From: Planctomycetota bacterium
GTDB lineage: Bacteria > Planctomycetota > Planctomycetia > Planctomycetales > Planctomycetaceae
Length of the DNA: 39,847 nucleotides
Assembly (NCBI GenBank): GCA_031416875.1
Contig: JANOUN010001537.1
Coordinates: forward strand, 1 to 39,847
Direction of reading: 5' to 3'
The position numbers and the translations under genes were made by a program. Below the pieces are notes generated by a model. It did not search any database. It was not told the origin of the DNA and saw only the letters and a program-made list of their open reading frames with translations. Below are positions 6,885 through 16,296 of the stretch, in pieces; the first letter of the stretch is position 1; each line of letters opens with the position of its first letter.

Positions 6885-7312
6885 AGTCTATCTACCTAAT
6901 TCTTGGCCTATTCCTGTGCTCGTGCTCCGTTGGCCGTGATCCTGGTGGCGTCACCGACCACACGACCGTCACGCACGTTGCTGATTTCAGCGCATGGGTA
7001 CCGGCAATCGACCTCCTGTGCGCCGTTGGCATTGCAGCCGCGTTTGCAGCCCTTATTTGGGTGCCAATTCAGCGTTGGATACCAATGGCAGGGATTACCT
7101 TTTTTGGGACGCTTATCGTCACTGCGCACACCGTTTCATGGCTAATCCAATGGATGCCATACCTGATTGCTGGCGGCATGCTCATCGGAGCGTTGTGGAC
7201 TATTTGGCATTTCCGGTCCGTGATTCTTGGTGTCAAGAACGGCTGGAACACGCCAGACACGGCAGCAAACCCGTCTGTTATTGATAAGCTATTGAAAATC
7301 AGTAGCAAATAG
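6881..7312 (+). CDS. Putative lipoprotein with three further TM helices (143 aa); holin, spanin or exclusion function possible
   Basis: MKSIYLILGLFLCSCS signal with an L-C-S-C lipobox-like site, then three hydrophobic ~20-aa segments. Confidence 0.5.
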   Translation: MKSIYLILGLFLCSCSVGRDPGGVTDHTTVTHVADFSAWVPAIDLLCAVGIAAAFAALIWVPIQRWIPMAGITFFGTLIVTAHTVSWLIQWMPYLIAGGMLIGALWTIWHFRSVILGVKNGWNTPDTAANPSVIDKLLKISSK

Positions 7313-7316
7313 AGCG

Positions 7317-7331
7317 TGACAATTTTTGTCA
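7317..7331. promoter_or_regulatory. Palindrome TGACAATTTTTGTCA (reverse-complement form of the 4947 copy)
   Basis: Intergenic, 46 nt upstream of ATG 7378. Confidence 0.5.
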
Positions 7332-7377
7332 GCGTACTACGGTGACCAGCGTCAACCCATAAAGCGAAGAGCAAACC

Positions 7378-8232
7378 ATGGCAGCTGTCAACATTACGGT
7401 TACTGGCGTCAGTCAGAAGATTGCGCGGAATACGCAAGGTGCCTCGCAGGAAGATACGTGGACCGTAACGTCGAATCCGAACATGGGGCTGCCGGTTTAT
7501 CTGATTATCCGCCCATCGGTTGACTCGCTTTTCCATTCGACGGTTGGCTCGACTGCAGCTGATGGACTTGCGCTTCCTGGCGGATGCTTCTATCCGGTCA
7601 AACTTGGTGCGTCGACTACGTTTGCACTTCGCCCCGTTAGCACCGCTGGCGTAGTTGATTGCTGGGTTGCAGACGCGGCCATGGTCGCTGCGATTCCCTA
7701 CAAGTCAGTCATCCTTGATGCCGCTGGTGCGTTGACGCAAGGCAATAGCCAAAAACTAACTTACGGTTTTGATAGCATTGTGGGCGCTCCTGCCGCCGCC
7801 GGTTACGTGCATCTCGCCGTTGAGTCTGGCCCGACCAAGACCACTCGAATCCGCCGTCTCGTCATTGCCAATCCAGGCGCAGGCACTGCAGCCGCCTTGC
7901 TGACGTTCGAACTGATCCGCACGACTGCGGCGGGTAGCGTGGGAACAACTATCGTTCCGGCCCCTTACGAAACCACGGACGCCGCCTTTACCGGAATTTG
8001 CCGCAAGGATGGATCGACCATCACGGCAGGCACGCAGCTGCGGACGTTCTCAATATTTCAGCCAGCAACCACCCCAGGTAGCTTTTCGCCGTTCGTCTAT
8101 GAGTTCTACGGTCAATTAGCCAAGGCGCTGACCATCCCCGCAGGAACGGCCAACGGCATCGCCCTACGGTGCATCAACGGCAACGCAGGCGCGGTTAGTT
8201 TCGCGGCATCATTTGAATTTACCGAGGAATAA
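7378..8232 (+). CDS. Hypothetical virion-associated protein (284 aa), beta-rich composition
   Basis: ORF with GAAGAG upstream of the ATG; position between terL and portal; no motif recognised. Confidence 0.5.
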   Translation: MAAVNITVTGVSQKIARNTQGASQEDTWTVTSNPNMGLPVYLIIRPSVDSLFHSTVGSTAADGLALPGGCFYPVKLGASTTFALRPVSTAGVVDCWVADAAMVAAIPYKSVILDAAGALTQGNSQKLTYGFDSIVGAPAAAGYVHLAVESGPTKTTRIRRLVIANPGAGTAAALLTFELIRTTAAGSVGTTIVPAPYETTDAAFTGICRKDGSTITAGTQLRTFSIFQPATTPGSFSPFVYEFYGQLAKALTIPAGTANGIALRCINGNAGAVSFAASFEFTEE

Positions 8233-8235
8233 AGA

Positions 8236-10284
8236 GTGGACGATACCGCCCCTGTATCAGCCCCGGCACCAGCGGCGGTCCCGCCATCCTCGCCAGCGCC
8301 AACTGGTAAAGACGACACCAAGAAAATAGCCGCCAAGCTGGGCGAACTACTGACCCGCTCTGACGGTGGCGATCGCGCCGCCTTCATGAAGGACATGAAG
8401 GACTTGAAGGGGTTTGCGTACGATGACGAAGGCGCATATCGGAAAATGTACGCCGATTGGACGATGCAGGACAATGACTTTCGCGCGTCAATCAATCGCG
8501 TCGCTGAATACATTGAGATCTTTGGCAGTCACCTGTATCCGCAGAACCCCGTTTCCAGCGTGGTTGCTCAGCATGAACCTGATCACTGGAAGACTGAGCG
8601 GTTTGCCCTTGAAGGCAAGATGCTCGACTATTTCATGCGTACAGGCAATCTTGAAACGGCCACGCGCCGATGCCTTAACGAAGCGTTCCTTGGCTGCGGC
8701 GTGCTGTGGTTCGGCTGGAATGCCGCCAAGAACATACCGTGCGCAGTATTCGATTCTATCGAAAACTTTGGACAGGACCCTGACGCTAAGTCGCCAGAGG
8801 AAGTAAACTGGATCCGCCGCACGCGCACCAAGCCGCGCTTTGAACTTGAGGCGCTTGTCGGCAAGGACTCGCTCTTTCCCGTGTCTGAACTCAAGGGCAT
8901 GTCGGCCAGCTCTGACGTGATCAAGTACACCGAATTTTACTTCCGCACCGACGTTTATAATTACTGCGGCGACAAAGGCGACTCAAAGCCCGCCGACGGC
9001 AACAAGATCGAGATCGATAACAGCCCGCGCAAGTACATCCTGGCAGAAGGCCGGTTGCTCTGGTCTGGCGAATGGGAAATTCCGTTCTTCAAGATTGACG
9101 CTTGGCCATGCCGCAAGATGGAGTTCCGCTTACAGCCTGAAAAGCTGTGGTCAGTCAGTCCAATCAAGCCAGGGCTTTGCCACTTGAAGGCGATGAACTG
9201 GATCTACACCACGTATCTGAACAGAGTGAAGCGCACCACGCGCATGAACTTCGTCCGCGCCAAGATCAAAGGTGTCCAGGTTGGCGATGCTGAGACTGAG
9301 CAGTTGATGGGCGTCGGCGACCAAGGCGATGCCGGAATCGTCGATATTGAAATTCCGAACGGCATGACCGATCCGGACGTGAAAAAACTGTTCCAGCAAT
9401 TGGTGCTCGACACCGATATGCCTGGCTTTGAGAAGGCATGGGGCATCGTCAATCGCGCTTTCGAAGACGCTACGGGCATGAATGACTTGATGCGCAGTGG
9501 CCAGGATCAGAACCAGCTTCGTACGGCTGCTGACGTAGATTTCAAAGCAAGTCGCAGCATGACCCGCGCTGACGACATGCGGAAACAGTTTCAACTGTTC
9601 TTCAATGACGTGCTCTATTCCTTGGCGTTTACAGCCCGTTTCTTGATGGGGGTTGACCAAGTATCCAAGTTGTTCGGAGAGGCCGACGGCAAGCTCTGGG
9701 GCGACCTTGGCGACGACAGCATGAAGCAGGCGGATGAGCAGTCCCGCTTAGACGCCGGCAATCAACTCATGCAGCAGTCGCAGATGGAATCGCAGCAGGC
9801 TATGCAGCAGGCGCAGATGCAGACGGGCATCATGCCAGCTGAACCGCCGCCAATCATGTCAGCCGATGAAGTGGACATGAAGCTTGGGCCGCCTCGCGTG
9901 GTGACGATGGACGACTGGATCTTTTCCGCTCGCCGCGAGATCGTCGCCGGTAGTATGCGGCCAATCGATCACGATGCCCAGGTGCAAAACCTGAATTTCT
10001 TCTTCCAGACCATGGCACCTGTGATCGGCCAAACGCCACCAGGCCAGCAGATGAACGCCAAGATGCTTGACCTTTTCTTGCGCCTGAACCGCTACGATGC
10101 CGAAGCGATCGCGGCAGCGGCTGAGTACAAGCAACAGATGACCGCCGTTACAACCATGCAGCTGCAACAGCAATTGAATCCGCCTCCGCCGCCTGGCATG
10201 TCTCCGCCCGGAGGCAGCCCGCCTAGACCATCGCCAGAACCAACGCAGGGCAAAGAAGCCGCCGCGATGGGCATGGCTCAGTAA
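8236..10284 (+). CDS. Probable portal protein (682 aa) with a Gln/Pro-rich C-terminal tail
   Basis: GTG start with GAGGA 7 nt upstream. Size and position (before the scaffold and capsid genes) fit a portal; no motif-level proof. Confidence 0.5.
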   Translation: MDDTAPVSAPAPAAVPPSSPAPTGKDDTKKIAAKLGELLTRSDGGDRAAFMKDMKDLKGFAYDDEGAYRKMYADWTMQDNDFRASINRVAEYIEIFGSHLYPQNPVSSVVAQHEPDHWKTERFALEGKMLDYFMRTGNLETATRRCLNEAFLGCGVLWFGWNAAKNIPCAVFDSIENFGQDPDAKSPEEVNWIRRTRTKPRFELEALVGKDSLFPVSELKGMSASSDVIKYTEFYFRTDVYNYCGDKGDSKPADGNKIEIDNSPRKYILAEGRLLWSGEWEIPFFKIDAWPCRKMEFRLQPEKLWSVSPIKPGLCHLKAMNWIYTTYLNRVKRTTRMNFVRAKIKGVQVGDAETEQLMGVGDQGDAGIVDIEIPNGMTDPDVKKLFQQLVLDTDMPGFEKAWGIVNRAFEDATGMNDLMRSGQDQNQLRTAADVDFKASRSMTRADDMRKQFQLFFNDVLYSLAFTARFLMGVDQVSKLFGEADGKLWGDLGDDSMKQADEQSRLDAGNQLMQQSQMESQQAMQQAQMQTGIMPAEPPPIMSADEVDMKLGPPRVVTMDDWIFSARREIVAGSMRPIDHDAQVQNLNFFFQTMAPVIGQTPPGQQMNAKMLDLFLRLNRYDAEAIAAAAEYKQQMTAVTTMQLQQQLNPPPPPGMSPPGGSPPRPSPEPTQGKEAAAMGMAQ

Positions 10285-10292
10285 AGGAAAAT

Positions 10293-10607
10293 ATGCCAGA
10301 GTATTCCGTCTTGTGCCTGGATTGCGAGCATATCCATGACCAAACGCACCGCATGAAAGAGCCGCACGAACCTTGCCCGAAGTGCAAAAGTGCGAATGTC
10401 ACGACCTCTATTGGCAACACTATCCGATTCAACCCACCGCTTGACTCTTCGTGGGAGAATTTGAACGGCGGACGCGGGCAATATTTCTCACAACTTGAAA
10501 CAAAGTCCACTCACCCCGACCACGGCACGCCCGACTGCTATTTCCGCAGTCGAAATGATGCACTTGAAGCGTGCAAGCGTCGCGGATTTACCGTAATTTC
10601 TAAGTAA
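10293..10607 (+). CDS. Zinc-ribbon protein (104 aa)
   Basis: CLDCEH...CPKCKS four-Cys arrangement; AAGGA upstream of the ATG. Confidence 0.55.
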   Translation: MPEYSVLCLDCEHIHDQTHRMKEPHEPCPKCKSANVTTSIGNTIRFNPPLDSSWENLNGGRGQYFSQLETKSTHPDHGTPDCYFRSRNDALEACKRRGFTVISK

Positions 10608-10662
10608 TTCACCGTCTGGCGGCACTGCTGACATTCCGTTGGCGCTCCCGCTGGACACCAGT

Positions 10663-10677
10663 TGACAAAAATTGTCA
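10663..10677. promoter_or_regulatory. Palindrome TGACAAAAATTGTCA (extended TTGACAAAAATTGTCAA), 16 nt upstream of ATG 10694
   Basis: Identical core to the 4947 copy; intergenic. Confidence 0.5.
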
Positions 10678-10693
10678 ACAAAGGGCTTGATAT

Positions 10694-11824
10694 ATGCCAG
10701 AAGAAGACCAAGTTAACACCAGCGACCAAGGCGATGTCCATCAGAGCGATGCTCCGCAGATCGAATCTCAAACGATTCCTGATGCCAGTACGCAAGATGA
10801 TGCACAAACCAAGGAAGCCGATAGCCAGCCAAACCAGCCCCCTGCCAGTCAGCGCGCTGAGGCAAAAAGTTCTTCCAACCAACCTATACCTGTTGCTTTA
10901 AACACGCAATCCGAAGAGAAGGTTGACGCGGATGGCTACAAGCGCCTACGCGATCAGCACAGTCAATTAGGACGTGAAAGCGCGAACTACCGCAAGCAGC
11001 TTGAGGCGCAGCGCGTAGAGCTGACTCGTTTCCAGCAAGACCGCGAACGCCAATCGCAATTTGCCAAACAACAGAAGCTGGCGCTGCATGACTTCCGCCA
11101 TCCTGAGCACGCATCCAAGTTCGTTCCGATGCAGGCCAAGGCTGACATCGTTCGCGCTCAGCTGGCATCGCTGTCAAAGATGCGCCCGCCAGAAGGGCTG
11201 ACCCCTGAACAGGGCCAAGCATGGCGGGAAGCGAGTGAGCAGAACTTGCTTTCAACGCTATCAGAAGAAGAGCAGACCGCGCTTTCCCAATTCCAGCAGC
11301 ACAACCAGGCATTCCAGCGCCAATGGGCGACGAATCCTGACCAAGTGCTGACTGAGCGCGTCATCCCCATGATTCGCCAGGAAATGCAGCGGGCGATGAT
11401 GGAACAACAGGCGCACCAGCAAGTCGATAGCGACTTCAATGATCCTGACCTTGGGCCAGTCATGAAGGAGATGGGCGACGACATGGACGCCGCCATCAAG
11501 AGCCTCGGCGGTACCGATGCTGCCTACGACTTCGTCAAACAGCAGGCGCTGGTCTATTCGCACAATCGCAAGGCGAATGATTTCCTTTCTCAAGAGAATG
11601 CGCGTCTAAAGCAACAGTTATCCGAGGCCGGAATAAAAGTTGGTGCCGCGAAAGCACAACAGGACTTAGCGCGAGGCAGGGCATCGATTACACGGGACGT
11701 TTCTGCTAAGCAGGCCCGGCCAGCCTATGAAGTGGCGTCCGAATGGGCGCGCACCAACGGCGTGGATAAAACATCTATCAACTTCCATCAAAAACTACGC
11801 GAGATTGAAAGTCAATCCCGCTAA
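10694..11824 (+). CDS. Probable scaffolding protein (376 aa)
   Basis: Gln/Glu/Ala/Arg-rich, long predicted helices (EAQRVELTRFQQDRERQSQFAKQQK); directly upstream of the capsid gene. Confidence 0.5.
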   Translation: MPEEDQVNTSDQGDVHQSDAPQIESQTIPDASTQDDAQTKEADSQPNQPPASQRAEAKSSSNQPIPVALNTQSEEKVDADGYKRLRDQHSQLGRESANYRKQLEAQRVELTRFQQDRERQSQFAKQQKLALHDFRHPEHASKFVPMQAKADIVRAQLASLSKMRPPEGLTPEQGQAWREASEQNLLSTLSEEEQTALSQFQQHNQAFQRQWATNPDQVLTERVIPMIRQEMQRAMMEQQAHQQVDSDFNDPDLGPVMKEMGDDMDAAIKSLGGTDAAYDFVKQQALVYSHNRKANDFLSQENARLKQQLSEAGIKVGAAKAQQDLARGRASITRDVSAKQARPAYEVASEWARTNGVDKTSINFHQKLREIESQSR

Positions 11825-11842
11825 CATTCTAGGAACATCACC

Positions 11843-13096
11843 ATGCCTGGTATCTTTGATGCGTTAACCGCATCTACGATCACAAATTACAAGAAGGGCG
11901 CGATCGACTCTGTTGTCGATTCTAACGTCCTCCTTTCCAAACTCTTTACTGACGGCCGCGTACAGCGCAAACAGGGCGGCGACGCTTTGGAAGGCGCTAT
12001 CCAGGCCGGTCAATACACCCCACGCATCAGCGCTCCTGGCGAAGATCGTTCGGGCAAGTACAACCCAGCCGCGCACTTCAAGCGTTGGCGTGCTCAATGG
12101 GCTGAAACCAGCGTTGAAGGCGGCATCGATTTCGGTATCCTTCGCCGTAATTCCGGCGCTCAGGCTATCGTTGACGTTGCTGACCGCACCATGCCGAACA
12201 TGTTCAAAAGCTTGTTGCTGAACGGCACCACGTCCCTGAACGGCCTTCTGCTTGGCTGCAACAGCGCTGCCTATAGCGGCACCGGATTGCCGATTGACGG
12301 CCTTCCTACCGTGCTTCCTGGCGCAAGTAATCAGCAGACCGTTGCGCAAGCAATTACGTCCTACGATCTTCGCGGCCAGAACGCTGACACTGGCGTGCTG
12401 ACCGGCGCCGTGCCTGCCGTGACTGACAAAGAAGTCGGTATCGGCTCAGCGCCAACCTTGCAAAACTACCTCGGCTTGTCGCTGAAGTACAATGCCTTGA
12501 CTGGCGTTGACGGATTGAAGCCAAACGCTTGGTCGCCAACCCTGGTGAACTCAAGCGCAACGGAATGGTCGGGTACCGCAAACGACCAGGCCAACGGCAT
12601 TCTGAAGTACAGCCAGTACGCTGCCAGCCGCGCAAGCCGCTTCAGCGCGACTGACAATTCGTTCCGCCCTGCTTTCGGCGTGACGACTTTCGACCAATAC
12701 ATGAAGATGGGAAACAAGCTGGACTCGCGCCAGACCATCTTTGTGCAGCCAGGCGGCGAATCGAACAACAAGTTCGGTACCGGATTCAAAACGGTCGGCA
12801 TGACCTATCACGCTGGCTTGTGGTGGTACTTCGATCAAGCGTGCCCTGTGGAACGCGGCTTCGTTATCAACACTGATCAAACTGACTTCTTCTTGCAGCC
12901 AGTGCTTGATACCGTTGATAGCGGTGCGATTCCTTCGAGCTTCAACACTTCGGGTGGTGGAATCGACAACGGCGACTTGATCGAATCGCATGTGCATTTC
13001 GATCCAAGTTATCTGCGACTGGTGTGCGCTGCGATGATCAACGGCCAGATCCGTTGGCATCCGCGTTACATGGCCGCTTGGGATAAATACGTCTGA
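11843..13096 (+). CDS. Probable major capsid protein (417 aa)
   Basis: Position after the scaffold-like gene, size, and a strong intrinsic terminator immediately downstream; no motif-level proof. Confidence 0.55.
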   Translation: MPGIFDALTASTITNYKKGAIDSVVDSNVLLSKLFTDGRVQRKQGGDALEGAIQAGQYTPRISAPGEDRSGKYNPAAHFKRWRAQWAETSVEGGIDFGILRRNSGAQAIVDVADRTMPNMFKSLLLNGTTSLNGLLLGCNSAAYSGTGLPIDGLPTVLPGASNQQTVAQAITSYDLRGQNADTGVLTGAVPAVTDKEVGIGSAPTLQNYLGLSLKYNALTGVDGLKPNAWSPTLVNSSATEWSGTANDQANGILKYSQYAASRASRFSATDNSFRPAFGVTTFDQYMKMGNKLDSRQTIFVQPGGESNNKFGTGFKTVGMTYHAGLWWYFDQACPVERGFVINTDQTDFFLQPVLDTVDSGAIPSSFNTSGGGIDNGDLIESHVHFDPSYLRLVCAAMINGQIRWHPRYMAAWDKYV

Positions 13097-13116
13097 TCCC
13101 AGTGTCTAAACCTGAA

Positions 13117-13145
13117 CCCTCTGGCTGTAGTGGCCAGGGGGTTTT
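13117..13145 (+). terminator. Rho-independent terminator after the capsid gene
   Basis: CCCTCTGGC / GCCAGGGGG 9-bp stem (one G-U pair), 7-nt loop, then TTTT. Confidence 0.7.
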
Positions 13146-13204
13146 GGCGTCAGTGGACGGCATTTCGCTGTCTAGCACGGGCCAGAAACCCAAAGGATAT
13201 TCCC

Positions 13205-13681
13205 ATGGCTGCAAACGCACCTCCGTTCATTCCCGGTCAGAGCGCTTCCGCGCTGTATGACAAAGCTTACGCGATCAATCTTGGTCGTAAGTGGATCTAT
13301 GAAGGCGCTGACTGGCGCTTAGTCAAAGCTGCCGTTGCATTGACTTCAATGTCAAACGCAACTGTTGTTTCTGCTGAAGTCGCTGGCGTTCCGACCTATG
13401 TTGGAAATACCACGACCACTGCTGGCGACCGCACGTTTGTCGGCGTCTGCGCAACTGGCCAAGTCGATCTTGCGATCGGTGATTATTTCTTGGTTCAGGT
13501 TTCTGGCGTTGCTCTGATGATTTCAGACGGCGGCTTTGCGACTGACGTTGCAGTGGCCACCAGTGCGACTGCCAAGCGCATCGGCACTACCGGCGCAACG
13601 TTGCTTCAGATCGTTGGCTATGCCAAGGTCGTTTCAGGCGGCGCGGCTACCGTGCTTCCTGTTCAGCTCGTTGCTCGCTAA
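13205..13681 (+). CDS. Possible head decoration/cement protein (158 aa)
   Basis: AAAGGA 8 nt upstream of ATG 13205. Flanked by terminators on both sides. Gly/Val/Ala beta-rich core (VGVCATGQVDLAIGDYFLVQVSGVALMISDGG) resembles DUF2190-type decoration proteins, from memory only. Confidence 0.45.
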   Translation: MAANAPPFIPGQSASALYDKAYAINLGRKWIYEGADWRLVKAAVALTSMSNATVVSAEVAGVPTYVGNTTTTAGDRTFVGVCATGQVDLAIGDYFLVQVSGVALMISDGGFATDVAVATSATAKRIGTTGATLLQIVGYAKVVSGGAATVLPVQLVAR

Positions 13682-13688
13682 ATAACTG

Positions 13689-13722
13689 GGCGGCGTCTTA
13701 TTATGGGACGCCGCCATTCTTT
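13689..13722 (+). terminator. Rho-independent terminator
   Basis: GGCGGCGTC / GACGCCGCC perfect 9-bp stem, 9-nt loop, followed by ATTCTTT. Confidence 0.65.
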
Positions 13723-13734
13723 GAGGGGATTCAC

Positions 13735-15222
13735 GTGCCAGCACCAATCTACATCAAGGCTGGCGTCAACTTCCGCGACCAAGTGGTGGTTCAAACGGCA
13801 GTTGGCGTATTCACCACGGGGCTTGTAGACGCATCGTTTACCAAGCGTCTAAGCAATGGCGTTACTGGAAATTTATCAACGACAGGGCTTGCCATCACTG
13901 AAGTAAGCGCGGCGAATAATCCTGGCGTTTACGACATTCTTATCCCTGCGGCACTTATCGCGACCAATGGCAGCTATACCTTGGTCGTATTTGTCACGGC
14001 GGACGCAACCTTTTCATACTCGCAAGAATACTTGGTGACGACTGACGGCACGCCGTCAGGCGCTGGCTCACTGACGTTTACTCCGACTGCTGCCAATGGG
14101 CGCATCGTGAACGCCAGCGGCACGGCGCTTTCTGGGGCTACCGTTTACCTTTCGTACTCAGGCTACATCACCAGCTTCGTTTCTGACGCTAGCGGCTTGT
14201 GGGGGCCATGGGCGACCGGTCCTTCTGTGGGTACGGTAGTCATGACCGTTACCAAATCCGGTTACGGCACACAGACCTCATCGCTAACGGTCGGCGCAAG
14301 CAGCGTCACGGGGCCATTGATTGACATCGGCCTGACCGCTGTCGCCACTATCGCCACGACGGTTGCCAGCGAGCTGTGGGCATTCGCAAAACGCATGGCT
14401 AACAACAAGCCAGGTGCGCAAGCCGACATCAAGTACAAGCAATTGGTGAACGATGCCATTGACCGTTTGGCCATGGAGAAAAGCTGGAATTGGTACACGC
14501 GCAAAGGCTTTATCTCAGTCGAGACGCCGTACGCCACCGGCACCATCGCACTTACCCAAGGCGCAACGACCTGCGTCTTGACCGGCGGAAGCTTCCCAAC
14601 GTGGGCAGCGACTGGACGGCTCTACATCAACGGCGTTCCTGTGCTGAACGTGGCATCACGCAACAGCGCGACCAGCCTGACCCTGGCTGCCAACTTTGGC
14701 GGAGCAACGGCCAGCTACACCTACACGCTTTTCTTGGACAACTACGCCCTGGAAGCCAACGCTTTCGAGTTCATCAGCGTCATGAGCGGCCAGAATTGGC
14801 CATACGCAGCGGGCGCATGCACGATCGAACGCCTGTGGGAATTGCAGGATTCGTGGGCGGGAAACGCAGCGCGCGCACCATGGTCATTCGCCATCGCTGG
14901 CGGGCGCATGCACATGTATCCGTATCCGTCAACGTCAGCACAGGTTAGCTACATTTACCGCGCACGACCAGCGCCGCTGGACGCGGAAACTGACATCGCT
15001 GACATTGACCCTGTGTGGATTCACACGCTGCGCCACTTGATTTCGTTCTATGTTTGCACGTATTTCGGCGAAAGCGTCACCGGCGATGCCGCATCATGTC
15101 TGTCGCTGTACAACGATTCCTTGGCACGCCTTATTGCTAACGACAAATCACCGCGCGGAGTCGGCGCTACCAAGACCGGACGCGGCACATACTGGCAGGT
15201 TCAGGGCTGGGGAACGCCGTAA
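13735..15222 (+). CDS. Virion protein (495 aa), possible head-tail adaptor/tail protein with a carboxypeptidase-regulatory-like beta domain
   Basis: GTG start with GAGGGG upstream. The segment GRIVNASGTALSGATVYLSYSG resembles CarboxypepD_reg-type folds. Confidence 0.45.
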   Translation: MPAPIYIKAGVNFRDQVVVQTAVGVFTTGLVDASFTKRLSNGVTGNLSTTGLAITEVSAANNPGVYDILIPAALIATNGSYTLVVFVTADATFSYSQEYLVTTDGTPSGAGSLTFTPTAANGRIVNASGTALSGATVYLSYSGYITSFVSDASGLWGPWATGPSVGTVVMTVTKSGYGTQTSSLTVGASSVTGPLIDIGLTAVATIATTVASELWAFAKRMANNKPGAQADIKYKQLVNDAIDRLAMEKSWNWYTRKGFISVETPYATGTIALTQGATTCVLTGGSFPTWAATGRLYINGVPVLNVASRNSATSLTLAANFGGATASYTYTLFLDNYALEANAFEFISVMSGQNWPYAAGACTIERLWELQDSWAGNAARAPWSFAIAGGRMHMYPYPSTSAQVSYIYRARPAPLDAETDIADIDPVWIHTLRHLISFYVCTYFGESVTGDAASCLSLYNDSLARLIANDKSPRGVGATKTGRGTYWQVQGWGTP

Positions 15223-15812
15223 TGGGTGACTGGAAAGGCATCGTTACGGACACTTCCGACGTTGACGAAACGCCAGGCGTCAGCGTTTACCAACAGAATA
15301 CGCGCATGAGAATCAGCGGCGAGCTTCAACGCCGCCAAGGATTCATCGCCACGGGACTTTCTAAGGCGAACGGCGCACTTCTAAACCTTGCGGGCGGTAG
15401 CGGCTTCATCGTCACCGGCATCGACGGACAGGCCGACGGCGTGCCGGATACCATTAGCGCGATTACGGGGCCAACGCGAAGGCCGCCAATCATAGACGCG
15501 GCCAGAAGCGGCGGGCCGTGGGCGACATCTGCCAACTGGGGCGGAAGCCAGCTCTTTTCCGTCTTCGGATCATGCGCAGGGTCAATTGAAGTCCGCACCG
15601 CGCTTGGAGGCCCTGCAACTGTGTGGATAGGACGTTCGTCTTTGTATGGCGGCACTGGCACGGTCATCGTCCTGTCGAATAAGGCAATGGGGACTAACGA
15701 TATTTACACGGTCCAAGTCCCATGGTCGGCAGACCTCCCATGGGTGACTCTTATTGAACCCGGTGTTGGCCCTGGGTCACACAACGGCGCCTCTTTCCCC
15801 TGGTGCTTCTAA
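15222..15812 (+). CDS. Tail-tube-A-like protein (196 aa), by size and position only
   Basis: TAATG coupling at both ends; precedes a large tail protein, as in T7-order gene layouts. Confidence 0.35.
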   Translation: MGDWKGIVTDTSDVDETPGVSVYQQNTRMRISGELQRRQGFIATGLSKANGALLNLAGGSGFIVTGIDGQADGVPDTISAITGPTRRPPIIDAARSGGPWATSANWGGSQLFSVFGSCAGSIEVRTALGGPATVWIGRSSLYGGTGTVIVLSNKAMGTNDIYTVQVPWSADLPWVTLIEPGVGPGSHNGASFPWCF

Positions 15813-16042
15813 TGCGTACCTGGACCGGGATCAACGCCGACACCGAAGCGACCGACCAAGGCGACGAATTTGCCTCAAACGTCCGTCTATGGATTAACGG
15901 TGAAATGCGCCGCCGTGATGGCATGTCAGCATTCACCGCTGCGTCAGGCACGGCAGCCATCAGCTTTCGCACGCCGCTGGGCGTTGACTACGCGCTATTC
16001 GCTACAGCAACCGGCGACATCAACGCAGTGCTGGCACCATAA
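15812..16042 (+). CDS. Hypothetical 76-aa virion-module protein
   Basis: ATG 15812 overlaps the preceding TAA (TAATG). The ORF also opens at GTG 15803. Confidence 0.45.
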   Translation: MRTWTGINADTEATDQGDEFASNVRLWINGEMRRRDGMSAFTAASGTAAISFRTPLGVDYALFATATGDINAVLAP

Positions 16043-16296
16043 TGGCAGCAGCCTACTCATTCACCATCACCCGCGCAGATCCGTACGACACAGCGTACGA
16101 AGTCTGGGCACGTAACGGCACCGGCCCTATCGAATACGGCGATGGCTTTTATGTTGGTAATTTCCCAATCCTACCGCATGAAACGACCGTCAACGGCAGC
16201 TTTTCAGCACCAGCAGCTGGCTCATGGGTATTTGCGGCAACACAAGTGCAGAACGGCGTACTTGGCGCAACCAGTTTACCGAAAGCAACAGTATGA
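16042..16296 (+). CDS. Hypothetical 84-aa virion-module protein
   Basis: TAATG coupling upstream, ATGA coupling downstream. Confidence 0.5.
   Translation: MAAAYSFTITRADPYDTAYEVWARNGTGPIEYGDGFYVGNFPILPHETTVNGSFSAPAAGSWVFAATQVQNGVLGATSLPKATV

Noticed and set aside
16224-16296. Programmed -1 frameshift fusing the 84-aa protein to the 683-aa tail protein
   Set aside because: The downstream ORF is open 23 codons upstream of its ATG in the -1 frame, but there is no X_XXY_YYZ slippery heptamer in the overlap. An ATGA-coupled ATG at 16293 explains the arrangement.
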